DNA from: Candidatus Hadarchaeum sp.
GTDB lineage: Archaea > Hadarchaeota > Hadarchaeia > Hadarchaeales > Hadarchaeaceae
Direction: 5' to 3'
DNA: 40,526 nucleotides
Assembly: GCF_049969415.1 (NCBI RefSeq)
Contig: NZ_JBMFOX010000009.1
Coordinates: 1-40,526, forward strand
Positions 27,096-36,772 of the stretch are shown piece after piece; within the stretch, counting starts at the first letter, position 1, and each line of letters begins with the position of its first letter. The notes under the pieces were generated by a model. It worked only from the letters and a program-made list of their open reading frames with translations, was not told the origin of the DNA and ran no database searches. Made by a program: the position numbers and the translations under genes.

Positions 27096-28472
27096 CTATT
27101 TCGGTCTCAGATACTTAGCTATGAACTTGGGGTCGACCCTCTTGAGTTCTGACTCTGGAAGAGTGCGCAGTAGTTCCCAACCTAAATCAAGCGTGACCTC
27201 GATGGATCTATCCTCGTCGCGGCCTTGGTTCAGGAACTCTCTCTCGAAACGGTCGGCAAAGGTCAAGTAACCGCGGTCCCGGTCCGTCAGAGCCTCCTCG
27301 CCGATAACCGCCACCAGCGCCCTGAGATCCCGCCCCTCGGCGTAAGCGGCGTAAAGTTGGTTAGAAACGTCCATGTGGTCCTCACGGGTGTGTCCGGCCC
27401 CGATGCCGTCCTTCATCAGCCTGGACAGCGAAGGAAGCGGGTTTATCGGGGGATAGATTCCCTTTCGGTGCAGCTCCCGGTCCATGACCAGCTGACCCTC
27501 AGTTATGTAACCGGTGAGATCTGGTATCGGGTGGGTGATATCGTCACCCGGCATCGTTAGGACGGGCATCTGAGTGACCGAGCCGCTTTTGCCCTTGATC
27601 CTGCCCGCCCGTTCATAGACGGTGGCTAGGTCCGTATACATATACCCGGGATATCCTCTTCTTCCAGGGACCTCCCCCCGTGCGGCGGAAACCTCCCGGA
27701 GGGCCTCACAGTAATTAGTCATGTCGGTCAGAATCACCAACACATGCATCCCTTGAACGAACGCCAGATATTCGGCGGTAGTCAGAGCAAGCCTAGGCGT
27801 GAGAATCCTCTCGATGGCCGGGTCATTGGCCAAGTTCAGAAAAACGGTTGCCCGCTCAATGGCTCCGCTCCGCTCAAAGTCCCTGATGAAAAAGGCCGCC
27901 TCCTCGTGAGTGATTCCCATTCCACAGAAAACCACGGCGAACTTTTCCTCCTCACCCAAAACCTTGGCTTGTCTGGCTATCTGGGCCACCAGTTCATTGT
28001 GCGGCAGGCCAGCTCCGGAAAAAATTGGCAACTTCTGACCCCGAACTAAGGTATTCATGCCATCTATCACCGAGATTCCGGTCTGGATGAACTCGTTCGG
28101 GTACTCCCGGGCGGACGGATTGATCGGTGACCCATAAACATCCCACTCGTCCTCAAATATCGGCTTTGGCCCGCCGTCTATCGGGACCCCCCTTCCGCTG
28201 AAAACCCGGCCCAAAAGTTCCATTCCCACGCCGAACTTGATCGTCTCGCCTCTGAACCTGACCTTTGTCTTGTAAGTGTCTATGCCCCGAGTACCCTCAT
28301 ACACCTGCACCACAGCTCGGTCCTCATAGGCGTCCAAGACCTGACCATGTTTGATCTCCCCATCCGGCGTGGTGATCTCGACCACTTCCCCATAGGCCAC
28401 GCCCTTAACGCCTTCAACCACCATCAGGGGTCCGTAGACCTCGGTCACCGTCAAATATTCACGGCTCTTCAT
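27096..28472 (-). CDS. atpB: A1Ao (V-type) ATP synthase subunit B
   Basis: [45 protein letters not shown] and [15 protein letters not shown]. Confidence 0.97.
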   Translation of the reverse strand: MKSREYLTVTEVYGPLMVVEGVKGVAYGEVVEITTPDGEIKHGQVLDAYEDRAVVQVYEGTRGIDTYKTKVRFRGETIKFGVGMELLGRVFSGRGVPIDGGPKPIFEDEWDVYGSPINPSAREYPNEFIQTGISVIDGMNTLVRGQKLPIFSGAGLPHNELVAQIARQAKVLGEEEKFAVVFCGMGITHEEAAFFIRDFERSGAIERATVFLNLANDPAIERILTPRLALTTAEYLAFVQGMHVLVILTDMTNYCEALREVSAARGEVPGRRGYPGYMYTDLATVYERAGRIKGKSGSVTQMPVLTMPGDDITHPIPDLTGYITEGQLVMDRELHRKGIYPPINPLPSLSRLMKDGIGAGHTREDHMDVSNQLYAAYAEGRDLRALVAVIGEEALTDRDRGYLTFADRFEREFLNQGRDEDRSIEVTLDLGWELLRTLPESELKRVDPKFIAKYLRPK

Positions 28473-28473
28473 C

Positions 28474-30261
28474 CTATTCCTCGCTGCACTTTTCTGGCTC
28501 CGGAGCTTTCTTTGTCTTCAGCAAATAATCAAACTGCTCCCTGAGATGCTTCTCAATTCTTCCGTACTCCTTAACAAATTTTTCCGCCGTGAGTCTTTTC
28601 ATCCCAGCGATGTCCTCCTTAACCGGCAGCTTTCTTATCTCCTCCACAGGGACGCCCCGCCTAGCCGCCTCGACGGCATTGTGGTAGAAATCGATTATTA
28701 TCCTCAGCATCCCGATCTGCTTCTCCGGAGGACAGTAGGTATCAACTTCATGAAGAGCGAATTGCTGAAGAAAGTCCTCCCGCATCATTCGAGCGGATTC
28801 GAGCACGGCTCGCTCCGGTTCCGGCAGCGCGTCAGGCCCCACCAGCTTAACTATTTCCTCCAGCTCCGCCTCCCTCTGCAACATGGCCATTGCTTCATCG
28901 CGCAGTGCCTTCCAATCCTCGTCCGTTTTTGATTTCCACCAGTCCCTGACGTTATCGACATACAACGAATAGCTGCTGAGCCAATTTATGGCGGGGAAGT
29001 GCCGGCGATAGGCCAAGCTCGTGTCGAGGGCCCAGAATACCTTGACAATTCTCAGGGTGTTCTGAGATACTGGTTCTGATAAATCTCCACCCGGTGGGGA
29101 AACCGCACCAAGCACGGTAACCGAACCGAAGCGTTCATCAGAGCCTAAGGTTTGCACTCGCCCTGCCCGCTCATAGAACTCCGCCAACCGGGAAGCTAGA
29201 TAGGCGGGAAAACCCTCCTCGCCCGGCATCTCCTCCAGACGTCCGGATATTTCTCGCATGGCCTCGGCCCACCTAGAGGTGGAGTCCGCCATAAGCGCGA
29301 CATCGTATCCCATGTCCCGGAAATACTCGGCGATGGTGATGCCTGTGTAGACGCCTGCTTCCCGAGCGGCGACCGGCATGTTGGACGTGTTGGCGATGAG
29401 CGTGGTCCTCTGCATCAGTGACTCTCCGGTCCTGGGGTCCTTGAGCTCCGGGAAATGTATCAATACATCGCACATCTCGTTGCCTCGCTCACCAGCGCCC
29501 ACATAGGTGATAACATCGGCATCAGCCCATTTGGCGACCTGATGAAGAAAGACCGTCTTGCCAGTCCCGAAACCACCGGGAATGGCGGCAGTCCCACCTT
29601 TCACGATCGGGAAGAAAGTATCGGCTACTCGCTGTCCCGTAACCAGAAGTTGGTTCGCCTCCAGCTTTTGCTTGAAAGGACGCGCGCGCCTGACGGGCCA
29701 CACCTGCATCATTGGAATGTCCTTTTTGCCGGCAGGTGTCTCAATAACCGCGATGACATCTTCAACCCTGTGCAATCCGTCTGAAATCTCCAAAATCTTG
29801 CCCCTAACCCCAGGCGGAACCATTATCCTGTGCTCAACCATTCTGCTTTCGCTTACGGTTCCCAAGATGTCGCCTTCAACAACCTCGGCCCCTTTCTTCA
29901 ATTTAGGCAAGAACTCCCACTTCCTTTCCCTTGACAGGGCAGTGGCAAAAACTCCCCTCTTTACCATATCCCCGACTTTATCTCGAATGACGGTCAGGGG
30001 CCTTTGGGTGCCATCATAAATGGAGCCGATCAATCCCGGTCCCAGCTCGACCGATAAAGATCTTCCTGTCCCCTCAACTCTTTCTCCCGGTTTTATGCCG
30101 GCGGTCTCCTCATAAACCTGAATGGTCGCGCGGTTTCCAGTCAGCCCGATTATTTCACCCATCAACCGCTCTTCACCGACCCGGACTAGCTCGTACATTT
30201 CAGAACCACGCATGTCATCTGCAATGACAACAGGCCCAGTAATCCTAGTGATTTTTCCCAC
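28474..30261 (-). CDS. atpA: A1Ao (V-type) ATP synthase subunit A
   Basis: Walker [28 protein letters not shown] and [13 protein letters not shown]. No intein. Confidence 0.97.
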   Translation of the reverse strand: MGKITRITGPVVIADDMRGSEMYELVRVGEERLMGEIIGLTGNRATIQVYEETAGIKPGERVEGTGRSLSVELGPGLIGSIYDGTQRPLTVIRDKVGDMVKRGVFATALSRERKWEFLPKLKKGAEVVEGDILGTVSESRMVEHRIMVPPGVRGKILEISDGLHRVEDVIAVIETPAGKKDIPMMQVWPVRRARPFKQKLEANQLLVTGQRVADTFFPIVKGGTAAIPGGFGTGKTVFLHQVAKWADADVITYVGAGERGNEMCDVLIHFPELKDPRTGESLMQRTTLIANTSNMPVAAREAGVYTGITIAEYFRDMGYDVALMADSTSRWAEAMREISGRLEEMPGEEGFPAYLASRLAEFYERAGRVQTLGSDERFGSVTVLGAVSPPGGDLSEPVSQNTLRIVKVFWALDTSLAYRRHFPAINWLSSYSLYVDNVRDWWKSKTDEDWKALRDEAMAMLQREAELEEIVKLVGPDALPEPERAVLESARMMREDFLQQFALHEVDTYCPPEKQIGMLRIIIDFYHNAVEAARRGVPVEEIRKLPVKEDIAGMKRLTAEKFVKEYGRIEKHLREQFDYLLKTKKAPEPEKCSEE

Positions 30262-30546
30262 TTGACAGCCCCCATTATTTTTAGAGACACTGTTTTTATG
30301 AGTTTGCCCTAAGAATTTTTAATCCCAATGTTAAACCGATTAACGGTCACATCAAAAAAGATGGGAATTATTAAATTCGATTTCAAATTGTAGCAACTGG
30401 TGGTGAAATTAATCAATCGAAACGCAAATGTTCCGGTTAGAATTTCAAAACCAGCAGAAGAGCAAATAAAAGCGAATTTGAGCGCCTTTTTGTTCTGGAA
30501 AAACTTTTATTGAGCATTTCATTAACCATTAGCAGAAGGTGGCAAT

Positions 30547-30870
30547 TTGGTCAACGAGGAACTTCGACTCATCATCGAAGCCGAGCAGAAGGCAAAGAAA
30601 AAAATTGAAGAGGCCCAGCGAGAATTAGCGACTTTGCTTGAATCGGCAAGAAGAGAGGCTGAAAAAATTAAGGAAAAACAAGGAGCCGAAACCCAGCTGA
30701 AGGTCAAAAAACTTCTCGAAGAGTACCGGAAAAAAGCCGAGACCGATGCCCAGAAGATAATCAGCGGAGCCCAACAAAAAAAGCTAGAAATGGAAAGAGA
30801 AGCTGAAAATCTGATCTCTGAAGCCGTCAAGTTAATTTTTGATGCCGTCCTGGGGCGAACTCATGTTTAG
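30547..30870 (+). CDS. atpH: ATP synthase peripheral stalk subunit H (G)
   Basis: Charged coiled coil (I.EAE..A...IEEA) directly before subunit I. Confidence 0.85.
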   Translation: MVNEELRLIIEAEQKAKKKIEEAQRELATLLESARREAEKIKEKQGAETQLKVKKLLEEYRKKAETDAQKIISGAQQKKLEMEREAENLISEAVKLIFDAVLGRTHV

Positions 30871-32872
30871 AACCATGAGGATGCAGCGCTTCCAAGCGAT
30901 TTTTCCCAAAAGGTTGCATGAAAAGGTGATTGCAACGCTTCACGAGGCCGGTATCGTACAATTTAAAGAGGTCGCGGAACCCGAGATTGGAAGAATGGCG
31001 GTGGGCGATGAGGTTTACAAGCTTTCGTCTCTGCTCAACAGATTAAAGGAGATCCAGGATTTTCTGGGACCAACACATAAACATATCGAGGTTGAGGAGG
31101 AAACCAGCGCCCGGCTCATAACCAAGGCGGAGAAGTTGCTGAACACCGTCGAACCCAAGTTCAACTCGCTAAGGGAGCTGGAAAATAAACTGAATGAGAA
31201 AAAACTGGAAACAAATGCCAAGATGGAGACATTGAAGAAGTTCGTTGAAATAGAATCTCCTCTCAGCTATCTCAAGACAACAGAAGAAATTAGATCCATC
31301 GCCGGCTCCATCGCTGCCGAACGGGTCCAAGAGTTCTCAATAGAAATCAATGCCGCGCTCGATTATAAATTGTTCCTCACTTTCTTTGGGAAGGGCAAGA
31401 AGAAAAATTTCATAGCGGTGTGCCGAACCAAGGACCAACAAAAAATATTACCGATACTTTACCGGTTCGGCGTGGAACTGATGGAGATACCGGTTTATCC
31501 TGAAACTCCGGGTGAGGCCCTAAAAAGGCTGGAGAAGGAAATCAAAAAAATTGAAGAAGAAAAATCGGAATTTGAAAACAGGAAAAAGGATTTCGCCCAG
31601 ACGTACTCCGCGGCCGTAAATGCGATGGTCGAGCTGCTCGAAATTCAGATAGAGCGCCTAAAATGCTCAAAGTTCTTCGGCACTACTGAGAACACGGTTG
31701 TCATCGAAGGCTGGGTCCCAAAGAAAAAGTCAAATATCGATTCACTGCTCGCCCCCGTAACCAACGGAATACACATCGTCCGGAAATACGACCCAAAGAC
31801 GGAGGAAACTGAATCCGTTCCCTCGGAGTTTGAAAACCCAAAGCTGGTTAGCAATTTTGAGATTATAACAGAAACCTTCAGCACCCCCAAGTATGATGAA
31901 ATAGATCCGACGCCATTCCTATCAATAACTTTTCCCCTGTTCTTCGCCATTTGCCTATCCGATGCCGCTTATGGGCTTCTGGTCGGAATTTTCCTGCTCT
32001 CCGGAATTCAGGTGACCAAAATCTTCCCACGAAAGCTAAAAATGATTATTCTGCTGGGATCCGCGGTCACCGTTGTTGTCGGTGCCCTGATCGGGGGGTG
32101 GTTCGGTATGGCCCCGCTCTGGATCAATGCTATGGAAAATCCCATCCCAATACTTAAAATTGCCGTTTTTCTAGGTATTTTCCACCTCATCTTGGGCTAC
32201 GTCGCCAACGTCGCCAAGGACATTATCAGAAAAAAATGGAAACTGATGTTCCTTAATCACATCCCCCACATCTTAATCATCGTCGGGTTCTTTGGGATGG
32301 TATTCTGCGTCCTAGGAATTGGACTGCTCGAGTTCGGGATAAACTTCGTCTTTCCCAAGCTGAAGCTCTTCGACGTTTTCAACCCATTTGTAGCCGCTCC
32401 CCCGTTAGTCGTGGCCTTCAGGTTGCTCTTTTTTACCGGGCTGATTGTGGAGATGATTGGCGCGGCGATTATGGCGACCGGAGTGGGCAGGATAAGCGGG
32501 CCGATCAACGTTGTCTATGGGTTAAGCTCGCTAGTAGCGGACGCGGCGTCTTACACGAGACTGATGGCGCTGTGCATAGCCTCCAGCATCATCGCCTTTG
32601 CGATAAATTACATTGGCATCTGGCTGTACGGCAGCCTGTCGCCACCGCTTACCGCGATATCAGGAATCCTAGCAATCCCGTTGATGATCGTAATTGGAGC
32701 CATGCTCTTCGTGGCCCATTGCTTCAACATTTTTATTCAGAGCCTCGGGGCTTTCATCCACACCCTGCGTCTGCATTACGTCGAGTTCTTTGGGAAATTC
32801 TATGAGGGGGAAGGTAACAAATTCTCCCCCTTTAAGGTTATAAGGAGGTTCACCAAAATAAGAAGGAGGTGA
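30863..32872 (+). CDS. atpI: ATP synthase subunit I (a)
   Basis: EGWVP, PKYDEIDPT, SDAAYG, SYTRLMAL (essential Arg) and IHTLRLHYVEFFGKFY. Confidence 0.96.
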   Translation: MFRTMRMQRFQAIFPKRLHEKVIATLHEAGIVQFKEVAEPEIGRMAVGDEVYKLSSLLNRLKEIQDFLGPTHKHIEVEEETSARLITKAEKLLNTVEPKFNSLRELENKLNEKKLETNAKMETLKKFVEIESPLSYLKTTEEIRSIAGSIAAERVQEFSIEINAALDYKLFLTFFGKGKKKNFIAVCRTKDQQKILPILYRFGVELMEIPVYPETPGEALKRLEKEIKKIEEEKSEFENRKKDFAQTYSAAVNAMVELLEIQIERLKCSKFFGTTENTVVIEGWVPKKKSNIDSLLAPVTNGIHIVRKYDPKTEETESVPSEFENPKLVSNFEIITETFSTPKYDEIDPTPFLSITFPLFFAICLSDAAYGLLVGIFLLSGIQVTKIFPRKLKMIILLGSAVTVVVGALIGGWFGMAPLWINAMENPIPILKIAVFLGIFHLILGYVANVAKDIIRKKWKLMFLNHIPHILIIVGFFGMVFCVLGIGLLEFGINFVFPKLKLFDVFNPFVAAPPLVVAFRLLFFTGLIVEMIGAAIMATGVGRISGPINVVYGLSSLVADAASYTRLMALCIASSIIAFAINYIGIWLYGSLSPPLTAISGILAIPLMIVIGAMLFVAHCFNIFIQSLGAFIHTLRLHYVEFFGKFYEGEGNKFSPFKVIRRFTKIRRR

Positions 32873-33360
32873 TGAAACTGGCGGTCGAGGGAATCTGGGT
32901 TGCCTTGGCGGCTGGTTTGGCCATCGGCATTCCAGGGATAATGTCAGGCATGGGTGTCGGCATAGCTGGAGTCGCGGCGGCCGCAGTTGCCAGCGAGGAC
33001 CCGAAGAAAGCTTACAAGGCATTCGTGTTCCAGCTGCTGCCCGGAACTCAGGGCATATACGGTTTCGTTGTTGGATTTTTAGTCATCATCGGCGCCGGAC
33101 TTGCGCCCAGTAACGTGGTCCCAGAGATGGCCAAGGCAGGCATCGTTGGTCTGGCGGTCTTGGCTGCAACCGTTCCTGCCATCCTGCAGGGTTTCACCGC
33201 CTACCCACAGGGATTGGTCGCTTCCGCCGGTATTTCTGCTTTCGCAAAGAGACCTGAAGTCTTCTCCGTAGGGTTAATGTACACCGTTGCCGTGGAGCTC
33301 TACGCGATACTCGGAGTTTTAGCCACCATTCTCATGCTAACCTTCATAGGCGTGCTGTAG
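32872..33360 (+). CDS. atpK: ATP synthase proteolipid subunit K (c), double hairpin
   Basis: Four TM helices with LPGTQGIYG in hairpin 1 and PQG...VELYAILG in hairpin 2. Confidence 0.95.
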   Translation: MKLAVEGIWVALAAGLAIGIPGIMSGMGVGIAGVAAAAVASEDPKKAYKAFVFQLLPGTQGIYGFVVGFLVIIGAGLAPSNVVPEMAKAGIVGLAVLAATVPAILQGFTAYPQGLVASAGISAFAKRPEVFSVGLMYTVAVELYAILGVLATILMLTFIGVL

Positions 33361-33371
33361 AGGGGAACTAT

Positions 33372-34001
33372 TTGCAGGCCGAAAAAGGCGCCAGATTGTT
33401 AGCTGAAGATATCTTGAAAGAGGCTGAGGAAAAAGCAGCCTTGATCATCCAGGATGCAAACCAGCAGGCGGCCGCAATCATCAACTCGGCCAAGATAAAC
33501 GCTGAGGAAGAAGAGAAACAAAAGCTAAGGGAAGCTGAAACTAAAGGAAAGCAGATATATGCGGAGATTCTGGCCCGGGCAAAGGTTGAAGCCAGAAAGG
33601 AACTCCTCCGGGAAAAGGAGATAATCATTGAAAATGTCTTTAAGGAAGCCGAGGAAAAACTGCGCAAACATGCTCTTTCGCCGGATTATAAGGAGGATCT
33701 TGTTAGGATAACCATTGACGCCTGTAGAAAACTTGGGTCAAACGATATCATAATCAGGGCTAATCGCCGTGACTTGGAAATGCTCAAATCATTAAAGAAC
33801 ACCATTGTCCGGGAACTAAAGTCCGACAACAAGGAAGTCAACATTTCCCTTGGCGAACCGATTGAAGCCACCGGAGGAGTCAAAGTAGTCGCTGCTGACG
33901 GAAAAATCGAAATTGACGAAACCTTTGAAGGAACAATCCGAAGACTAACCGACGTACTGAGGGTGAAGGTGGCAAAACTCTTATTCGAAGGATCTCGATG
34001 A
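33372..34001 (+). CDS. atpE: ATP synthase subunit E
   Basis: N-terminal coiled coil, GGV.V...DGKIEID.TFE and operon position. Confidence 0.92.
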   Translation: MQAEKGARLLAEDILKEAEEKAALIIQDANQQAAAIINSAKINAEEEEKQKLREAETKGKQIYAEILARAKVEARKELLREKEIIIENVFKEAEEKLRKHALSPDYKEDLVRITIDACRKLGSNDIIIRANRRDLEMLKSLKNTIVRELKSDNKEVNISLGEPIEATGGVKVVAADGKIEIDETFEGTIRRLTDVLRVKVAKLLFEGSR

Positions 34002-35131
34002 TGGAGATATTGATTGTAATTTTTGGCATCATCGGGCTAATCTCTATTTTAATCGCGCTTCACGCCAAGAGGACCGTCGCCTATGTCTACTGCGGTGCGG
34101 TGATAAGCGCCTGGGAGGCTAAACTGCTAAAAGAAAACCGTTTAATGGAAATGGCGGAAGCACCGGCTGTAGAAAATCTGATTTCCTTACTTGACGATAC
34201 CGAATATCGCCCGCTTTTGTCAGAAATTTCCAAAGACGGTACGGTTGACGTGAAAAAAGCTGAAATCGTCTTTAAGGATCATTTGAACCATCGCTATCAG
34301 GAAATCCTGAAAATAGTTCCAAGCCAGCGAAAAGAAACTGTGTTGAGGCTTCTTAAAAAATGGGAAGTTTGGGGTTTAAAAACAATCGTTACAGCAATCC
34401 ACCAAGGTGTCCCTGTTGAAGAAGATCTAAAACATTACATGTCCTCACCAACGCTTACGCGGGAAAGGCTTGAGATGTTAACCTCGGTGAAAAATTTTGA
34501 TCAGTTGCTTGATTTTCTGAAAGACAGTGAATATTTTCCAGTTCTTAATGGTGCCCTGAAGGATTACAAGGAACGCGGGCTATCGGCCATTCTGTCCGCG
34601 CTAGACGTCTATTACTACAAAAGCTTATGGCAAGAAATACTGCGGGTCAAATCACAGCGGGAGATTTTAATGAAGATGATCGGATGTGAAATCGATACCG
34701 TGAATATCAAGCTAATCCTACGGTTAAAAAAAGAAGGCGTGGCTCCAGAGGAAATAGATAAGTATCTTATCAGGCCGTCGTATCTCTTGACCGAGGGAAT
34801 GCTCAAAGACATGGTTTATGCGGAAAATATTAAATCAGGCTTGGAAGTGGTTTCTCGTACTCCCTATGGACTGGTTCTGTTGAACTTTCTCCCCCAGATT
34901 GAAGCGCAGGGCATTTCTACTGCGGAAAGAGCACTCGATGAGCTGAGGCTCAAAGTCTTCCGAGAACAGGCGGTTGCCCATATTTTCAGCATCGCCCCGG
35001 TGGTCCTTTACATCCTATTAAAGGAGACTGAGGTCAGAAATTTACTTACCATACTGCGGCTCAAAGCAGAAAAAGTTGAGCCACAAAAAATAAAGAAAAA
35101 CATATTGGGGGTGCCTAAGATTGGGCTTTAA
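33998..35131 (+). CDS. atpC: ATP synthase subunit C
   Basis: Y....I.A..AKLL, EID..NIK.ILR.K and Y...KE.EV.NL..I. It carries an N-terminal hydrophobic segment. Confidence 0.92.
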   Translation: MMEILIVIFGIIGLISILIALHAKRTVAYVYCGAVISAWEAKLLKENRLMEMAEAPAVENLISLLDDTEYRPLLSEISKDGTVDVKKAEIVFKDHLNHRYQEILKIVPSQRKETVLRLLKKWEVWGLKTIVTAIHQGVPVEEDLKHYMSSPTLTRERLEMLTSVKNFDQLLDFLKDSEYFPVLNGALKDYKERGLSAILSALDVYYYKSLWQEILRVKSQREILMKMIGCEIDTVNIKLILRLKKEGVAPEEIDKYLIRPSYLLTEGMLKDMVYAENIKSGLEVVSRTPYGLVLLNFLPQIEAQGISTAERALDELRLKVFREQAVAHIFSIAPVVLYILLKETEVRNLLTILRLKAEKVEPQKIKKNILGVPKIGL

Positions 35132-35459
35132 AATCGCGGTGATCGGAGACCTCGAAACTATAACAGGATTCAACCTAGCCGGAGTGCAGTTTGCGCATGT
35201 GCACACAGATAAAGAAAAAACGCTGTCCCGATTGGAGGAATTTCTATCCAACGAAGAAATCGGTCTGATCTTAATCACGCATCGAGTTGCTGAGGAAATC
35301 AGCCCAGAATTTCGCAGAAAAATTCAGGAAAAGGGCCTGCTCCCACTAGTGCTCAAAATACCGGACAGATCTGGCTATGTCCCGGAAAGTGATGAACTCC
35401 AAGAGCTGGTCAGAAAAACTGTAGGTGTGGAAATAAAGCTGAAGACGGAGGCGCAGTAA
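35121..35459 (+). CDS. atpF: ATP synthase subunit F
   Basis: KIAVIGD.ETITGF.LAGV, IPD and VRKTVGV. Confidence 0.94.
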   Translation: MGFKIAVIGDLETITGFNLAGVQFAHVHTDKEKTLSRLEEFLSNEEIGLILITHRVAEEISPEFRRKIQEKGLLPLVLKIPDRSGYVPESDELQELVRKTVGVEIKLKTEAQ

Positions 35460-36097
35460 TGGCGGCGAGAATCAACGTCTCACCCAACAGGATGGAACTA
35501 CTAAAGGTTAAGAACCGCCTCGCGCTGGCGGAAAAGGGCTATGACTTACTTAAGGAAAAGATGGATGCTCTAGTCATGGAGCTGCTGAACACCTTGAAAA
35601 TAATTCAGAAATCTAAGGCTGAGGCAATAACACAGCTGAAAAGGGGTTACGAGGCGGTGTCGATCTGCATGGCAACACTTGGAACTTTTGAAACCGTGCA
35701 AGCGGCAGCGGAATCAAAAAAGGAAATCAACATCGACATTTACGTGAGGAACATCATGGGCATCGAGGTCCCGACCATCCAAGTTGCTGGGATAGAAAGA
35801 AACGCCCTTGCCCGCGGCTACAGCTTGCACACCACTTCCTCGCTTTTAGATATCGCCGCCGAAGAAATGGAACGGGCGATCAAGCTTCTTATCGAACTGG
35901 CCGAACTGGAGGTAACCGCAATCTCTCTGGCGCGGGAACTTGAAAAGACCAAAAGGCGGGTAAACGCGCTGGAGTACATACTGATCCCCAGACTCAGGGA
36001 ATCAATGAAATTTATAATGATGAGGCTTGACGAACTGGAGCGAGAGAACTTCACCCGCCTGAAGCGTATAAAGGCGATATTGGAAAAGCGTGAGTGA
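35459..36097 (+). CDS. atpD: ATP synthase subunit D
   Basis: P.RMELL, G..LLK.K.DAL, EKTKRRVNALE and L.E.ERENF.RLK. Confidence 0.96.
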   Translation: MAARINVSPNRMELLKVKNRLALAEKGYDLLKEKMDALVMELLNTLKIIQKSKAEAITQLKRGYEAVSICMATLGTFETVQAAAESKKEINIDIYVRNIMGIEVPTIQVAGIERNALARGYSLHTTSSLLDIAAEEMERAIKLLIELAELEVTAISLARELEKTKRRVNALEYILIPRLRESMKFIMMRLDELERENFTRLKRIKAILEKRE

Positions 36098-36489
36098 AAG
36101 TGGAAAGGATAATAAAATTTGAGCTGAGCGGGCTCAATGCCCACATCCCGGAGAAGCGCATTACATTAAAATCGGCGCTATCACTGGAAAGGCCGTTTGT
36201 GCGAACCAAGGATGGCAAGGCACATTATTTTAAAAGAGAGGAACTTGAGTTCATCGCAAAAATCCTGCCGGAAGCGGAATGGGACAGGCTACAGCTGCCC
36301 ATATTCATTTCTCTTGAGCCCAAACTCGGCAGGGGCGCGGCCAAAATAAGTGGGGAATCTGAGGTGAAGGTGATTAGAAAAATATTGGGTAAAGAAATCT
36401 CGAAAAACGAGCTAATCGTTTACCGGCCCGAAATCGCCGTCATTAGAAGAAAACTCGCCACGACCACGCAGTATCTGTTCGGATGGTGA
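36094..36489 (+). CDS. DUF61 (UPF0216) family protein
   Basis: LNAHIP..R.TL, DG..HYF..EELE, LPI and RRKL.TTTQY. Overlaps the atpD stop. Confidence 0.8.
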   Translation: MKVERIIKFELSGLNAHIPEKRITLKSALSLERPFVRTKDGKAHYFKREELEFIAKILPEAEWDRLQLPIFISLEPKLGRGAAKISGESEVKVIRKILGKEISKNELIVYRPEIAVIRRKLATTTQYLFGW

Positions 36490-36493
36490 TTCC

Positions 36494-36772
36494 ATGACCC
36501 GGTGGAGAATCTTAATGGCACTCTTCTACCCACTTACCATCGTTAGCATCTCGGCGGGACTGATAGCGTTTCTGATGCTGCTCTTAAAGATGGAGTACCT
36601 GTTTGTGGTCACGGTGGTTCTTTGGTTCTACTTTATCTCCACCACGTCAATCTATTTGGTGACCAGAGAAGCGCTGAAGGCGATGCAGGTCCATCGGTTA
36701 TTTTTGGGTCTGATAGTGACTTTGGGCGGGCTGGCTGCAGCCTCACTGCTGCTTCTGCTCGGGCTTGGCTAA
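36494..36772 (+). CDS. small membrane protein (about 3 TM helices), function unknown
   Basis: Hydrophobic 92-aa ORF with a GGTGA SD at the end of the atp operon. Confidence 0.7.
   Translation: MTRWRILMALFYPLTIVSISAGLIAFLMLLLKMEYLFVVTVVLWFYFISTTSIYLVTREALKAMQVHRLFLGLIVTLGGLAAASLLLLLGLG

Noticed and set aside
27043-27270. 75-aa plus-strand ORF
   Set aside because: It is antisense to atpB, and its start is box C of the sRNA candidate.
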